Assembly (NCBI RefSeq): GCF_006345805.1
Contig: NW_021832299.1
Location: 1 to 31,261, forward strand
From: Octopus sinensis
Lineage: Eukaryota
DNA: 31,261 nt
Reading direction: 5' to 3'
Below the pieces are notes generated by a model. It made no database searches. It was not told where the DNA came from and worked only from the letters and a program-made list of their open reading frames with translations. Shown in pieces: positions 1 to 10,380 of this stretch (positions are counted from its first letter, which is position 1; each line of letters opens with the position of its first letter). The position numbers and the translations under genes were made by a program.

Positions 1-12
1 ATTATATATATA

Positions 13-111
<99 letters not shown>

Positions 112-126
112 ATATATTATATATAT
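1..126. repeat. (TA)n microsatellite
   Basis: Near-pure TA dinucleotide run, visible directly. Confidence 0.95.
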
Positions 127-128
127 AC

Positions 129-410
129 GGAGGCGCAATGGCCCAGCGGTTAGGGCAGCGGACTCGTGGTCGTAGGACCAGGCGTTGGTGAGTGTTTATT
201 GAGCGAAAACACCTAAAGCTCCACGAGTCTCCGGCAGGGGATGGTGGCGATCCCTGCTGTACTCTTTCGCTGCAACTTCTCTCACTCTTTCTTCTGTTGG
301 CCTGCTCGCTTAGCCAGCGGGGTGGCGTCATCTGAAGGCTAAAACAATGCGAGGCGCATTGTGACAGCGATGTGTAGCAGCATCTGATAGCCTGGTCGAT
401 CACGGTGATC
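129..410 (+). mobile_element. tRNA-derived SINE (octopus OK/OR-like), B-box region deleted
   Basis: Head GGAGGCGCAATGGCCCAGCGGTTAGGGCAGCGGACTC with A-box. The body (gcgaaaacacctaaagctccacgag...ctctcactctttc) is shared with the copy at 19881-20136. Confidence 0.8.
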
Positions 411-858
411 CCAGTGATATAATATATAATATATATATATATATATATAATATATATTATATCATGTATTCATGTGTGGGGTTCAAAAACACTGTGTGTG
501 AATGCGTGCGCGTGTTTACATACTAACAAACATACTTGCATAAAATGGCGTATGGCCTGGTACATTTTCCCTCTTCTGCTGGATCGCTTGACCTTTCTTC
601 ATCTGTTTAGTATTTTCTAGAAACATCACACGAGGGTGCCACCGCCTTCTCCCATTTAAGTCACCACATCCAGTTCGTCTGATACTCAATTTGTCTCAGA
701 ATTCATTTCTGTTCTGTATTTCATATACATTAATTTTAAACACTCACCTGATATGCTCAATTTTACCCTAATTTTCACCCTAATTTCACACTAATTTTCT
801 CCAATACTTCACATTAAATGCCACTGCTTATTTACCATATTATATTGGACTTCGAAGA

Positions 859-1175
859 AGGCGGCGAGCTGGCAGAATCGTTAGCACGTCGGGCGAAATG
901 CTTAGCGGTGTTTCTATCGACTTAATCCCATTGACTGTCCTTGTTTATCCCCTATATATTTAGCCCCTTGTGGGCAATAAAGAAATTAGAAACATTAGCA
1001 CGCCGGGTGAAATGCTTAGCTGTATTTCGTCTGTTTTCACGTTCTGATTTCAAATTACCCGGAGGTCGCCTTTGCTTTTTATCCTTTCGGGGTCGATAAA
1101 TTAAGTACTTGTTGCGTATCTAATTGACTGGCTCCTCCCCCAAAATTTTGTGTCTTGTGCCTAGAGTCGAAATGT
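859..1175 (+). mobile_element. Two tandem copies of an abundant cephalopod SINE (first internally deleted)
   Basis: Head GGCGGCGAGCTGGCAGAATCGTTAGCAC at ~860, repeated as ttagcacgccgggtgaaatgcttagc at ~995. Family core cctttcggggtcgataaattaagtac is present. Confidence 0.8.
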
Positions 1176-1380
1176 TTATTGTACTTCGTAATCTAGTATC
1201 ACAAAATTTGACCATCGCTAATGGTACGTGCCACGGTGTTACCAGCAGATATATATTAGCTCCATACGTTCTTTCCAATTGCGTTCATACTGTGGCCGCA
1301 ATGATTTCTGAGCGAACACTCCACTGCAAATTATGTCACCTAAATTATAATTTCAAACATTGGCATAATCCAACAATTTA

Positions 1381-1545
1381 TGGGGTAGGATAAGTCAATT
1401 TCCTCAACTCCAGTGCTCAACTGGTACTTAAATTATCAACACCGGTAGGATAACGAATAAAATTGATCTCGGCAGGATTTGAACGCATGACTTGAAAGTA
1501 GTACCGATACGCACTTTGTCCGAAATGCTAACGATTCTAGCAACT
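1381..1545 (-). mobile_element. Degenerate SINE, same family as 859-1175
   Basis: Reverse complement of the family head (aatgctaacgattct) and core (actggtacttaaattatc). Confidence 0.65.
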
Positions 1546-1614
1546 TTGTTTCTTGTGTGCCGGAGTGGATTACGTCTACTTGTAATCGTTTTATAGTCTC
1601 CAGAATGATGAACG

Positions 1615-1718
1615 ACGAAGTCGACCTAGTCGACATTTGATCTGGGAATGCAAAGAAACAGAAGAAATGCTCCTAAGCATTTTATCCGGAGCGATAACGA
1701 TTCTGGTAGTCGCCGCCT
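1615..1718 (-). mobile_element. SINE 5' fragment, same family
   Basis: taagcattttatccggagcgataacgattctggtagtcgccgcc is the reverse complement of the family head. Confidence 0.65.
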
Positions 1719-1777
1719 TTAGTGACCTGAATAATCCCGTCTACTAAATGCAGAAAGTCTGGAATTTTAAGAAGGGA

Positions 1778-1943
1778 CTAGTCGATTACCTTGATCCCAA
1801 TGCGCGACTGGTAGTTATTTATCGACCCCGAAAGAATGAAAGTCAAAGACGACCTCGGCAAAATTTGATCTCAGAACGTAAAGACGAACGAAATGCCGCT
1901 AATCCTTTTGTCCAAGTACTAACGCATCTGACAGTTTGCCACC
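1778..1943 (-). mobile_element. SINE, same family
   Basis: tttatcgaccccgaaag...gacctcggcaaaatttgatctcagaacgtaaagacg...ttgccacc. Confidence 0.75.
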
Positions 1944-2894
1944 TTAATTGCATTCTTAATCACTGCATTAATAATAACAATGCGTACAGATTTTAGCCCT
2001 TAGCAAACCATCGATTTTCTATTCGTGAAACAAGAGGGAAAACGACTTCATGCTATAAATATGCTCTTCTACATAACAAAATGATATCAAGCACTACTAT
2101 CTTTTGACTTTTCAGATCTTTTGAATAGGAAAGAACACATTATTGCCAAGAAGTCCTGTTCAGCCAAAAACCTCTCTTTTCTGCTAGTCTGCTTATGTTT
2201 ATCTATACTTTTTCATTATTTCCATGTGACCAGGTGAGAATAATAAAACTGTTATCATTTGATCGTGCTTTTGTCAATATTTTCTTTATATATAATCGTT
2301 ATTTTGACAAATGGCAGAGACAAAAATTGTTGGGTTTTTTTATTATTATTTCCTATTCTTTCTTTTACTTTTCAAGAATCTACTTAAAGATAAAATATTA
2401 TAGTATTTGCATTTTGCGCTCACCTCAAAATATTTTTATTTACTCTGCTCGAAGTGATCGGCCATTTTTCACTTTGGATTGCCTAAAATCCCGTTGCTAA
2501 GACGACCTATCCTGAAAGTAAACACAAGAATCAATAGTGTGTGTGATATCATAAAGATTATAGCTAAAAGCAGCCGGGAAAATCTGTAAGGACGGAGTCT
2601 GCTGTGAATGCTTTTAATATACATGTTACAACGCAAATAGATTGCGACTGGAAGTACAGACACGTGACAACATATACTCATACAATCATTTACATGCATA
2701 GGCACCTACGACCACAACACACACACACATATATACATACACAATCATACGTATATGTTAATTTTGCGAAACATGGAATTAAGAGCTTTTAAATGGAGAA
2801 CCCGAAGTAGATAAAATTATATATGATAGCTTGTAAACATTGGCTTTATGGAAACCCCTCGACGGATAAAAGTCGAGGACTCTCCTTTCTGTCT

Positions 2895-3072
2895 GCTTGA
2901 CAACCGATGTTGGTACGATTACATCACGCAACTTAGGTTCGGCAAAAAGACCGATAGTATAAGGACTAAAATTACAAAGAATAAGTCCTGGGTTTGATTT
3001 CTTCGACTAAAACCCTTTAAGACGGTGTTCCAGCAAGGCCACAATGAATGACTGCAATAAGTAAAAGATTAA
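2895..3072 (+). mobile_element. 3' part of a second abundant octopus-type SINE
   Basis: gcttgacaaccgatgttgg...gaataagtcctggg...gactaaa...aatgactgcaataagtaaaaga matches the reverse complement of the full copy at 20726-21206. Confidence 0.7.
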
Positions 3073-3078
3073 AACAAT

Positions 3079-3087
3079 AATAAAAGA

Positions 3088-3186
<99 letters not shown>

Positions 3187-3232
3187 CATATATACATATA
3201 TGTGCGTGTATATATAAGAGAGAGATAGCTAG

Positions 3233-3316
<84 letters not shown>

Positions 3317-3330
3317 GTATATATATGTAC
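3079..3330. repeat. Interrupted (TA)n microsatellite
   Basis: Direct inspection. Confidence 0.9.
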
Positions 3331-3382
3331 GTTAAATATTGTTTGTGCAAGATTTTTTATGTGAAGTCGTATGCTGAAACAG

Positions 3383-3930
3383 ATATTGTTATATTTCGGA
3401 ATGGTCATTTTGCGAGTTTTGCCAATAAAAACACACGCACTATATATTTGGTGTTACTTTGCTTCAGTGTTATTTATTTTTTACATTAATCTTAATCTTA
3501 TTTCGGCCAGAGTTCTTTCGTCACACTCCTGTGACCGCATCAGTGGTCCTTTGTTTTCTTCTCACTTATTTGTGTCTCTCCTTCCAACCGTCAGCCATTT
3601 TGTATTTCTATTGTATGTCTTCATTTGCGCATGCTTATATCTCTATATGCGTTTATGTTTATTTAGTGTGTGTATGTGGGGGATGCCTGTAATATTTGTA
3701 TCTTCTGTTTATATATGTTCATGTAATTTGTAATTTTATATGTTCATGTAATTTTTTTTCATGTAATTTGTATTTTGTATTTTGTTTTTTGTTTTTGTTT
3801 TTGTTTTTGTTGTTTTTGTTTATTCTTATTTTGCTCATGTGTTTACATCCACCCATTATTATCATTACATATGCTTGTATGTATGTATGTATAACAACAA
3901 TACTAGTAATAATAATAATAAATTGAATCG
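3383..3930 (-). repeat. Inverted pseudo-LTR arm at the 5' truncation point of the PLE
   Basis: Reverse complement of 5318-5843. The translated tracks 3371+ and 5969- differ at only 5 residues over ~115 codons. The arm ends exactly where RT homology starts. Confidence 0.9.
3505..3549 (-). ncRNA. Minimal type I hammerhead ribozyme motif (A9>C variant), inverted-arm copy
   Basis: Exact reverse complement of 5677-5721. Confidence 0.7.
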
Positions 3931-5130
3931 CTGGTGATGTGGACAACCTTTTCATGGTATGGTGGGACAGAAGGCTTAAAGAACGCCTAACACAGAACTC
4001 CATACTCGTAAACATGTACTCTCGCTATGTTGATGATATCAACATAGTGGTAAAGGCATCCCCAGAAGAGAGTAATGTTGATATAGTAATAGAAACTAAT
4101 ACTATGAAGAGCATCCAGCAAATAGCTAACTCCATCCACCAGAGTATTAAGGTCACAATAGACTACCCCACTAAATACCCCAACCATAGACTACCAGTAC
4201 TAGACACCGAACTCTGGCTAGAAATTGTGAATAATAAAACCCAAATCCTTCATTCATACTATGCCAAACATATGGCCCCAAAATACTTGATCCACCGGAA
4301 CTCAGCCATTGCGGACAATGCCAAATTCAATATTTTGATGGCAGACCTCCTCAGAATAATGAGAAATGTGTCATGCATGTGCGAGCCTACAGAATTAAAG
4401 AGACACATACAATATTTCATTCACCGCATGCAGTTCTCAGGTTACAGCCATAAAGAAGGATCAGAGTATACAAAGGAGCCATTAAGAAATTTGATAATAT
4501 ATTATGTAATGATAGGAATGGTATTGCCCACTCTATAGGAACAAGTCATGGAACACTATAGAAAGGACAAAAAAGAAAATAGGGAGGCCAACTCTTGGTA
4601 TGATAGCCATAAATACCAGAGTGTCATGTTCGTTGACACCACCCCTGGAGGTGAACTGGCGTATCGCTTTAGAAGGACCCTAGACAACTTAAGCTAAGAA
4701 TTAAGGTTGTTGAAAAGCCAGGCAACCCTATCAAATATATAATTGGTAGAACCTATCCTTTAGTAGAACCCCCTGTACAGATAGGTACTGTACTGTATGT
4801 AGATTTAGCCCACAAACAAACAGTAAAGCCAGAAATGTAGTCTATAGTATAAGATGTATAGAGGGACGATGCAGTAACAAGACAACGACATACGTAGGGG
4901 AAACGGCAAGAAGCATAGGAGAGCGGGTAAATGAGCATTGGAGACAACTCAAGGAAGGTAAAAGCTCATCGATTCTGTACCAACACGCCGAACAAGAACA
5001 CGGGGGATCAATCAATAACATAGAAATTAAAATATTATCCACACATAGATCAGATGCAACAATTAGACAAATTACAGAAGCTACACACATAATAGAATAA
5101 ACCTAGCCTGAATAGAAAACTAGAATGGAG
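3930..5130 (+). pseudogene. Penelope-like retroelement ORF, 5'-truncated and frameshifted: RT core + thumb + Cys linker + GIY-YIG endonuclease
   Basis: ORF 3939-4538 contains YSRYVDD, LPVLD and a thumb-like region (HRNSAIADNAKFNIL). Manual translation across -1 shifts gives RIRVYKGAIKKF / PLYRNKSW / VMFVDTTPGGEL / IKVVEKPG / CTDRYCTVC / NVVYSIRC...YVGETARSIGERVNEH...LYQHAEQEH...RQITEA / LNRKLEW. This is the canonical C-terminal GIY-YIG layout of EN+ PLEs. Confidence 0.92.
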
Positions 5131-5203
5131 CACTAACACACACCACAACATATGACGATAGAGGATCCTGAAAACATAATAAATACACAGATAAATAAAT
5201 AAA

Positions 5204-5278
<75 letters not shown>

Positions 5279-5317
5279 GTATATATATATGTATATATAT
5301 ATATATTTTTTTTTTTT

Positions 5318-5839
5318 CGATTCAATTTATTATTATTATTACTAGTATTGTTGTTATACATACATACATACATACATACAAGCATATGTAATGATAATAT
5401 GGGTGGATGTAAACACATGAACAAAATAAGAATAACAAAAACAAAAAACAAATACAAATTACATGAAAAAAAAATTACATGAACATATAAAATTACAAAT
5501 TACATGAACATATATAAACAGAAGATTCAAATATTACAGGCATCCCCCACATACACACACTAAATAAACATAAACGCACATAGAGATATAAGCATGCGCA
5601 AATGAAGACATACAATAGAAATACAAAATGGCTGACGGTTAGAAGGAGAGATACAAATAAGTGAGAAGAAGACAAAGGACCACTGATGCGGTCACAGGAG
5701 TGTGACGAAAGAACTCTGGCCGAAATAAGATTAAGATTAATGTAAAAAATAAATAACACTGAAGCAAAGTAACACCAAATATATAGTGCGTGTGTTTTTA
5801 TTGGCAAAACTGGCAAAATGACCATTCCGAAATATAACA

Positions 5840-5843
<4 letters not shown>
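5318..5843 (+). repeat. 3' pseudo-LTR of the PLE (sense arm)
   Basis: Follows the endonuclease, carries a sense-strand HHR motif, ends in (TA)n; inverted partner of 3383-3930. Confidence 0.88.
5677..5721 (+). ncRNA. Minimal type I hammerhead ribozyme motif (A9>C variant)
   Basis: GGACCA-CTGATGC-G-GTCACA(GGAG)TGTGAC-GAAA-GAAC-TC-TGGCC. Stem I CCA/TGG, 6 bp stem II, GAAA, 2 bp stem III, CUC cleavage triplet. Confidence 0.72.
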
Positions 5844-5872
<29 letters not shown>

Positions 5873-5875
5873 TTA

Positions 5876-5915
<40 letters not shown>

Positions 5916-6029
5916 ATATATATCTTGCATTTCGAGATGGTCCTTTCTGGTGTGGGAGGATAAACACACGCTCTATATATTCGCTCCTCACTTGTTTATT
6001 ACTGTTCTTAATCTAACTCTTTTCCACTG

Positions 6030-6072
6030 CCAGGAAATCTTTCGTCACACAACTGTGACCTCTTTAGTGATA
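6030..6072 (-). ncRNA. Degenerate hammerhead motif (G5>A)
   Basis: Reverse complement reads TCA-CTAAAGA-G-GTCACA(GTTG)TGTGAC-GAAA-GATT-TC-CTGG. Confidence 0.55.
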
Positions 6073-6207
6073 CTCTCCGTTTTCGCGTGTACTCCTGCTC
6101 CACTTATCCCACTCTGTTCATCTATTATGTGTATCCTTATATAAGGATATACACCATAGAAGAACAGAATGTATTAATAATGGCAGGAGCTCACACGACG
6201 ACGGAAA

Positions 6208-6253
6208 GTGTCGCTGAGGAGGTCACAAGTGTGTGACGAAAGGGTTCCGGACA
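6208..6253 (+). ncRNA. Minimal type I hammerhead ribozyme motif with intact core
   Basis: TGTCG-CTGAGGA-G-GTCACA(AGTG)TGTGAC-GAAA-GGGT-TC-CGGACA. CUGANGA, GAAA and a UUC triplet are all present; stem I is TCG/CGG or a bulged TGTCG/CG(G)ACA. Confidence 0.78.
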
Positions 6254-6447
6254 ATGGACATGAGTTAGAATAAGAAGAAGAGTAATAAATGAGTGAAGAA
6301 CGAATATATAGAGCGTGCGCTTATTAGGCAAAAAGAAAAGAAAAAGATGACTATTCCGAAATGCAACACTATTTGTTTCAGCACACCTCTTCACTTCGGG
6401 AATCTTGCAACACAATTTCATAACCGCATATATATATACACATACAC

Positions 6448-6775
6448 ATCGAACCCCAATACTTGACTGGTACTTTATTTTAAGGAATCTAAGAGGATAA
6501 AAAGTAAAGCTGGGTTCAACGGTAATTGAACTCAGAGTGTTCGTTGCAAATTTCAAGGCCGGCAATATTTTTTGCCGGCTTTGAACTTTTGGTAACTGAG
6601 AAATCGATTTTTATCGAACCCAGTATGTAAATAGAGATACATCTATTTTATCCTTTCTGAAGGGATGAGGCAGAAAATGTTGGCCTCATTAAGATTGGAA
6701 CTCAGGACTTAAATAGCATAAATAAAATTTGCTAAGCATTTTATCCGACGCGCTAATAATTCTACTACCTGGCTT
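6448..6775 (-). mobile_element. Two degenerate SINE fragments (859-type family)
   Basis: atcgaaccccaatacttgactggtact and ttatcgaacccagt...gctaagcattttatccgacgcgctaataattct. Confidence 0.5.
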
Positions 6776-7124
6776 TGTCTCTGTTTGTTATTGTCTGTGT
6801 ATGTCTTTGTATCTGTCTCTGTCTCTCTCTCTGTCTTTGTCTGTATCTGTTAGTCTTTGTCTGTTTTCGTCTGTATGTCTCTGTCTCTCTGTCTGTGTGT
6901 CTCTTCTTTAACCTGTATCTGTTATCACCCCGTCTCTGTCTGTTATTGTCTGTGTCTGTCTGTCGGTCTGTTGGTCCATCTCTTCCTGTGTCCGTCTATC
7001 ACTGTCTGCCTCTGTCTCTGCCTCATTCCGTCTATATCTGTCTCATTCGTCTGTCTCTATCTCATTTCGTCTGTCTCTGGCTTTTTCTCTCTCTTTCTCT
7101 CTATCTCTGTCTGTCTCTCTATCC

Positions 7125-7180
<56 letters not shown>
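6770..7180. repeat. Degenerate (TCTG)/(CT)n low-complexity tract
   Basis: Direct inspection. Confidence 0.9.
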
Positions 7181-7181
<1 letters not shown>

Positions 7182-7695
7182 GCCATCGACCCGCGCTCTC
7201 TCGACCTTAATCTCCTACCAAATATTCAAGGACTTGGAAGGTTAGCTTGTTCACTTCCCGCGGTCACTGAATTTATGATTCATTTCTTGAAGCAATACCA
7301 TTTAAGTTTTAACATCAATCACACATACATTTTCAACTATTAATTTCTTCACTAGTAACTCAACTAGAAATAGAAATGTTATTACAAAATTCTAGAGGAT
7401 ATAATTTACAAATAAAATGATTTATTGCCTTTCCTAGAATGTTCTTTGGTTTATATTCATTTATATTTTGGCATTCTTTTATTACAAGTAATCTGAGCGA
7501 AGTAATATTCCTCATTTGTTCATCTGTTCGACCAAGTCTCATAGAATTGATACAAATAGGTTTCTGGAATTGAAATTCACCGTTTTAGAATGTATATACA
7601 CATAGAAGCTAAATCGATATAACCCGAAGTGTGTGAATGCATAAATTACATACCAATAGCACTTTCTCTATTCGATATAAGTCCTTAAGTTTATT

Positions 7696-7757
<62 letters not shown>

Positions 7758-7819
7758 TGTATGTATGTATGTATGTATGGATGGATGGATGGATGGATGG
7801 ATGTATATATATATAGACG

Positions 7820-8035
7820 TGGGTGTGTTGTGGGAGGTTTGTTTCCCAACCAGATGGTTCCAGGTGTTCATTCCTACTGCATGGCACATGTTTTTTTACT
7901 ATAGCCACAGGTCAACCAAAGCATTGTGAGTGGATTTGGTAGACGGAAATTGAAAGAAGCCTGTCGCTTGGCAACCGGTTTCAGTTTGTTTACGTAACTT
8001 AGCGTTTCGGCAAAACGGATCAATGGAATACGAAG
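7820..8035 (+). mobile_element. Degenerate, internally deleted SINE (20726-type family)
   Basis: tactatagcc...ccaaagcattgtgagtggatttggtagacggaaattgaaagaagcctgtcg. Confidence 0.75.
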
Positions 8036-8154
8036 AAGCCTTACAAAAAGTATTAATGCAGCATGACTAAAGTAAGTAAAATAGATAGATAGATAGATAG
8101 ATAGATATGAGTGTATATGTCTGTGTGTAAAATTATTGTTGTTGTGGTTGTTGT

Positions 8155-8166
8155 TCTTCTTCTTTT

Positions 8167-8198
<32 letters not shown>

Positions 8199-8218
8199 TG
8201 CTTCTTCTTCTTCTTCTT

Positions 8219-8280
<62 letters not shown>

Positions 8281-8300
8281 CATCATTATTATCATTATTA
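8155..8300. repeat. Compound (CTT)n(ATT)n trinucleotide microsatellite
   Basis: Direct inspection. Confidence 0.95.
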
Positions 8301-8643
8301 TTTAAAACAGTTTGACTCGGCCCCATGTAGATTCAAGTTTCGCAGGTTTCTCATAGAAACCTAGTTCGTAGGGCTCAGTTCATTAAACTGAGTCCAAAAG
8401 AAAGTTAATTCTCCGAAAGGACCCAACGAAACTTTAAATCGCACGCGGTCGAATCAAACTGTATTAAAGAAAAATATATGGATATCCATACACACACACA
8501 CACACACACACCACACATACGTATATGTATATATATGCATGTATGCGTGTGCGTGCTCGTAGGCGTGTGTGTGGCGTGTGTTTATGTGTCTGTATGTATA
8601 AGCATATGATAGATGTACGTTTACGTAAGTTCCCACACACACT

Positions 8644-8685
<42 letters not shown>

Positions 8686-8847
8686 ATAGGGTTCCTTCAG
8701 CTTTCATCCACCAAATCCACTCACAAGGCTTTGGTCGACCCGAGATGATACTGGAAGACACTTACAGAAAGTGCTACGCAGTGGGATTGAACCTGGAACT
8801 ATGTGCTTGGTAAGCAAGCTACTTACCACACAGCCACTCCTGCGCCT
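8686..8847 (-). mobile_element. SINE 5' half (20726-type family) with tRNA-like head
   Basis: Reverse complement starts AGGCGCAGGAGTGGCTGTGTGGTAAGTAGCTTGC...GGTTCAATCCCACTGCGT. Confidence 0.85.
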
Positions 8848-8858
8848 ATAAGTGTGAG

Positions 8859-8978
8859 ACGCTTACAGCACCTAGGTTTTCCAATCGGTCAGCCGTCTAC
8901 TTACCCACTAGGCTGCACGTTGCTTAACTTCGGTGATCGGACGAGAACCAGTGCCTTCAACGTAATATGGCCGTATAC
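8859..8978 (-). pseudogene. Full-length dispersed 5S rRNA pseudogene
   Basis: Reverse complement GTATACGGCCATATTACGTTGAAGGCACTGGTTCTCGTCCGATCACCGAAGTTAAGCAACGT...GGTGCTGTAAGC matches invertebrate 5S over ~120 nt. Box A is intact, the box C region is diverged, and there is no oligo-T terminator. Confidence 0.9.
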
Positions 8979-8988
8979 ACACCACACA

Positions 8989-9083
<95 letters not shown>

Positions 9084-9918
9084 ACACCATACGCACATAC
9101 ATCCATACGCATCTACACGTAGAAAACGTATGTATATATGTGAGTTTGGGCGTACGTAAATGCACTTATATCTTATACATACACGTATGCCTCTATAAAC
9201 CTATACATATATACATACAGGCAGAATATGCATATATACATATATAGTACATATATTTTTTTGTTTGGTAAACGATATCAAGTTAAATCAAGGATATCAC
9301 AACAGAATTTTGACATGATTTGTATTTATCAGCATCAGAGATCGTTTTTTGTGTCGTGTTCCGATTGGAGATTTTGTTCTATAGGATTGTAAAGTGGTAT
9401 GGTTGTATTTATTAAACCATGGGATATGACAAGATATGACAATGCATCATACATGATACAAACGATATACAAGCAGACGATAATTCACTGTAACAGTTAT
9501 TTTTAGTAACTGTGTTTACTGCAGTCGCTCGGGAAAGAGTGAGACACAACGAGAAAGACAGCGAGAGACATAGAGAAAGAGCTAGAGAGAGAGTGACATA
9601 GCAGCAGAGGCAAAGAGAAAAGAGAAGAGATATATGGGGAACTGCAGGAAAATCAATAGTGTTCTGATGACTTCTGAATTGAAGAGTTGTAGGAAAGCAA
9701 TCCAGCGTTTAAGTTATTGTAATAGTGGAAAGCTCAGCGAGAAAGAAATGCGAAACAATATTGTGGATATACAACCATCTGCCGTAGCATCTCTACGTTT
9801 ATCTATATATCTATTAATCTGCCTACGTATCTATCGCTCCGTCAATCTATATATCTTCTATGCCTATCAACACATGTATTTATCTCACTACCTCAATGTA
9901 TATATCTATATATCTGCA

Positions 9919-10380
<462 letters not shown>

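Larger units (their letters stand above)
5922..6368. mobile_element. Diverged head-to-head pair of pLTR-like HHR modules (non-autonomous PLE derivative)
   Basis: Both halves share HHR stem II GTCACA/TGTGAC, the aatatatag[a/t]gcgtg motif and a cgaaat-containing terminal motif with the PLE pLTR. Perfect 18 bp central palindrome TATCCTTATATAAGGATA at 6132-6149. Confidence 0.7.

Noticed and set aside
3371-3733. 120 aa ORF nearly identical to ORF 5493-5969(-), resembling a duplicated membrane-protein gene
   Set aside because: It is the antisense reading of the AT-rich pLTR arms; the identity comes from the inverted repeat.
8859-8978. Functional 5S rRNA gene
   Set aside because: Single dispersed copy, diverged box C region, helix I mismatch, no terminator.
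9664-9708. CTGATGA-CTTC(TGAATT)GAAG hairpin as an HHR
   Set aside because: GAAA does not follow stem II (8 nt gap) and there is no stem I.
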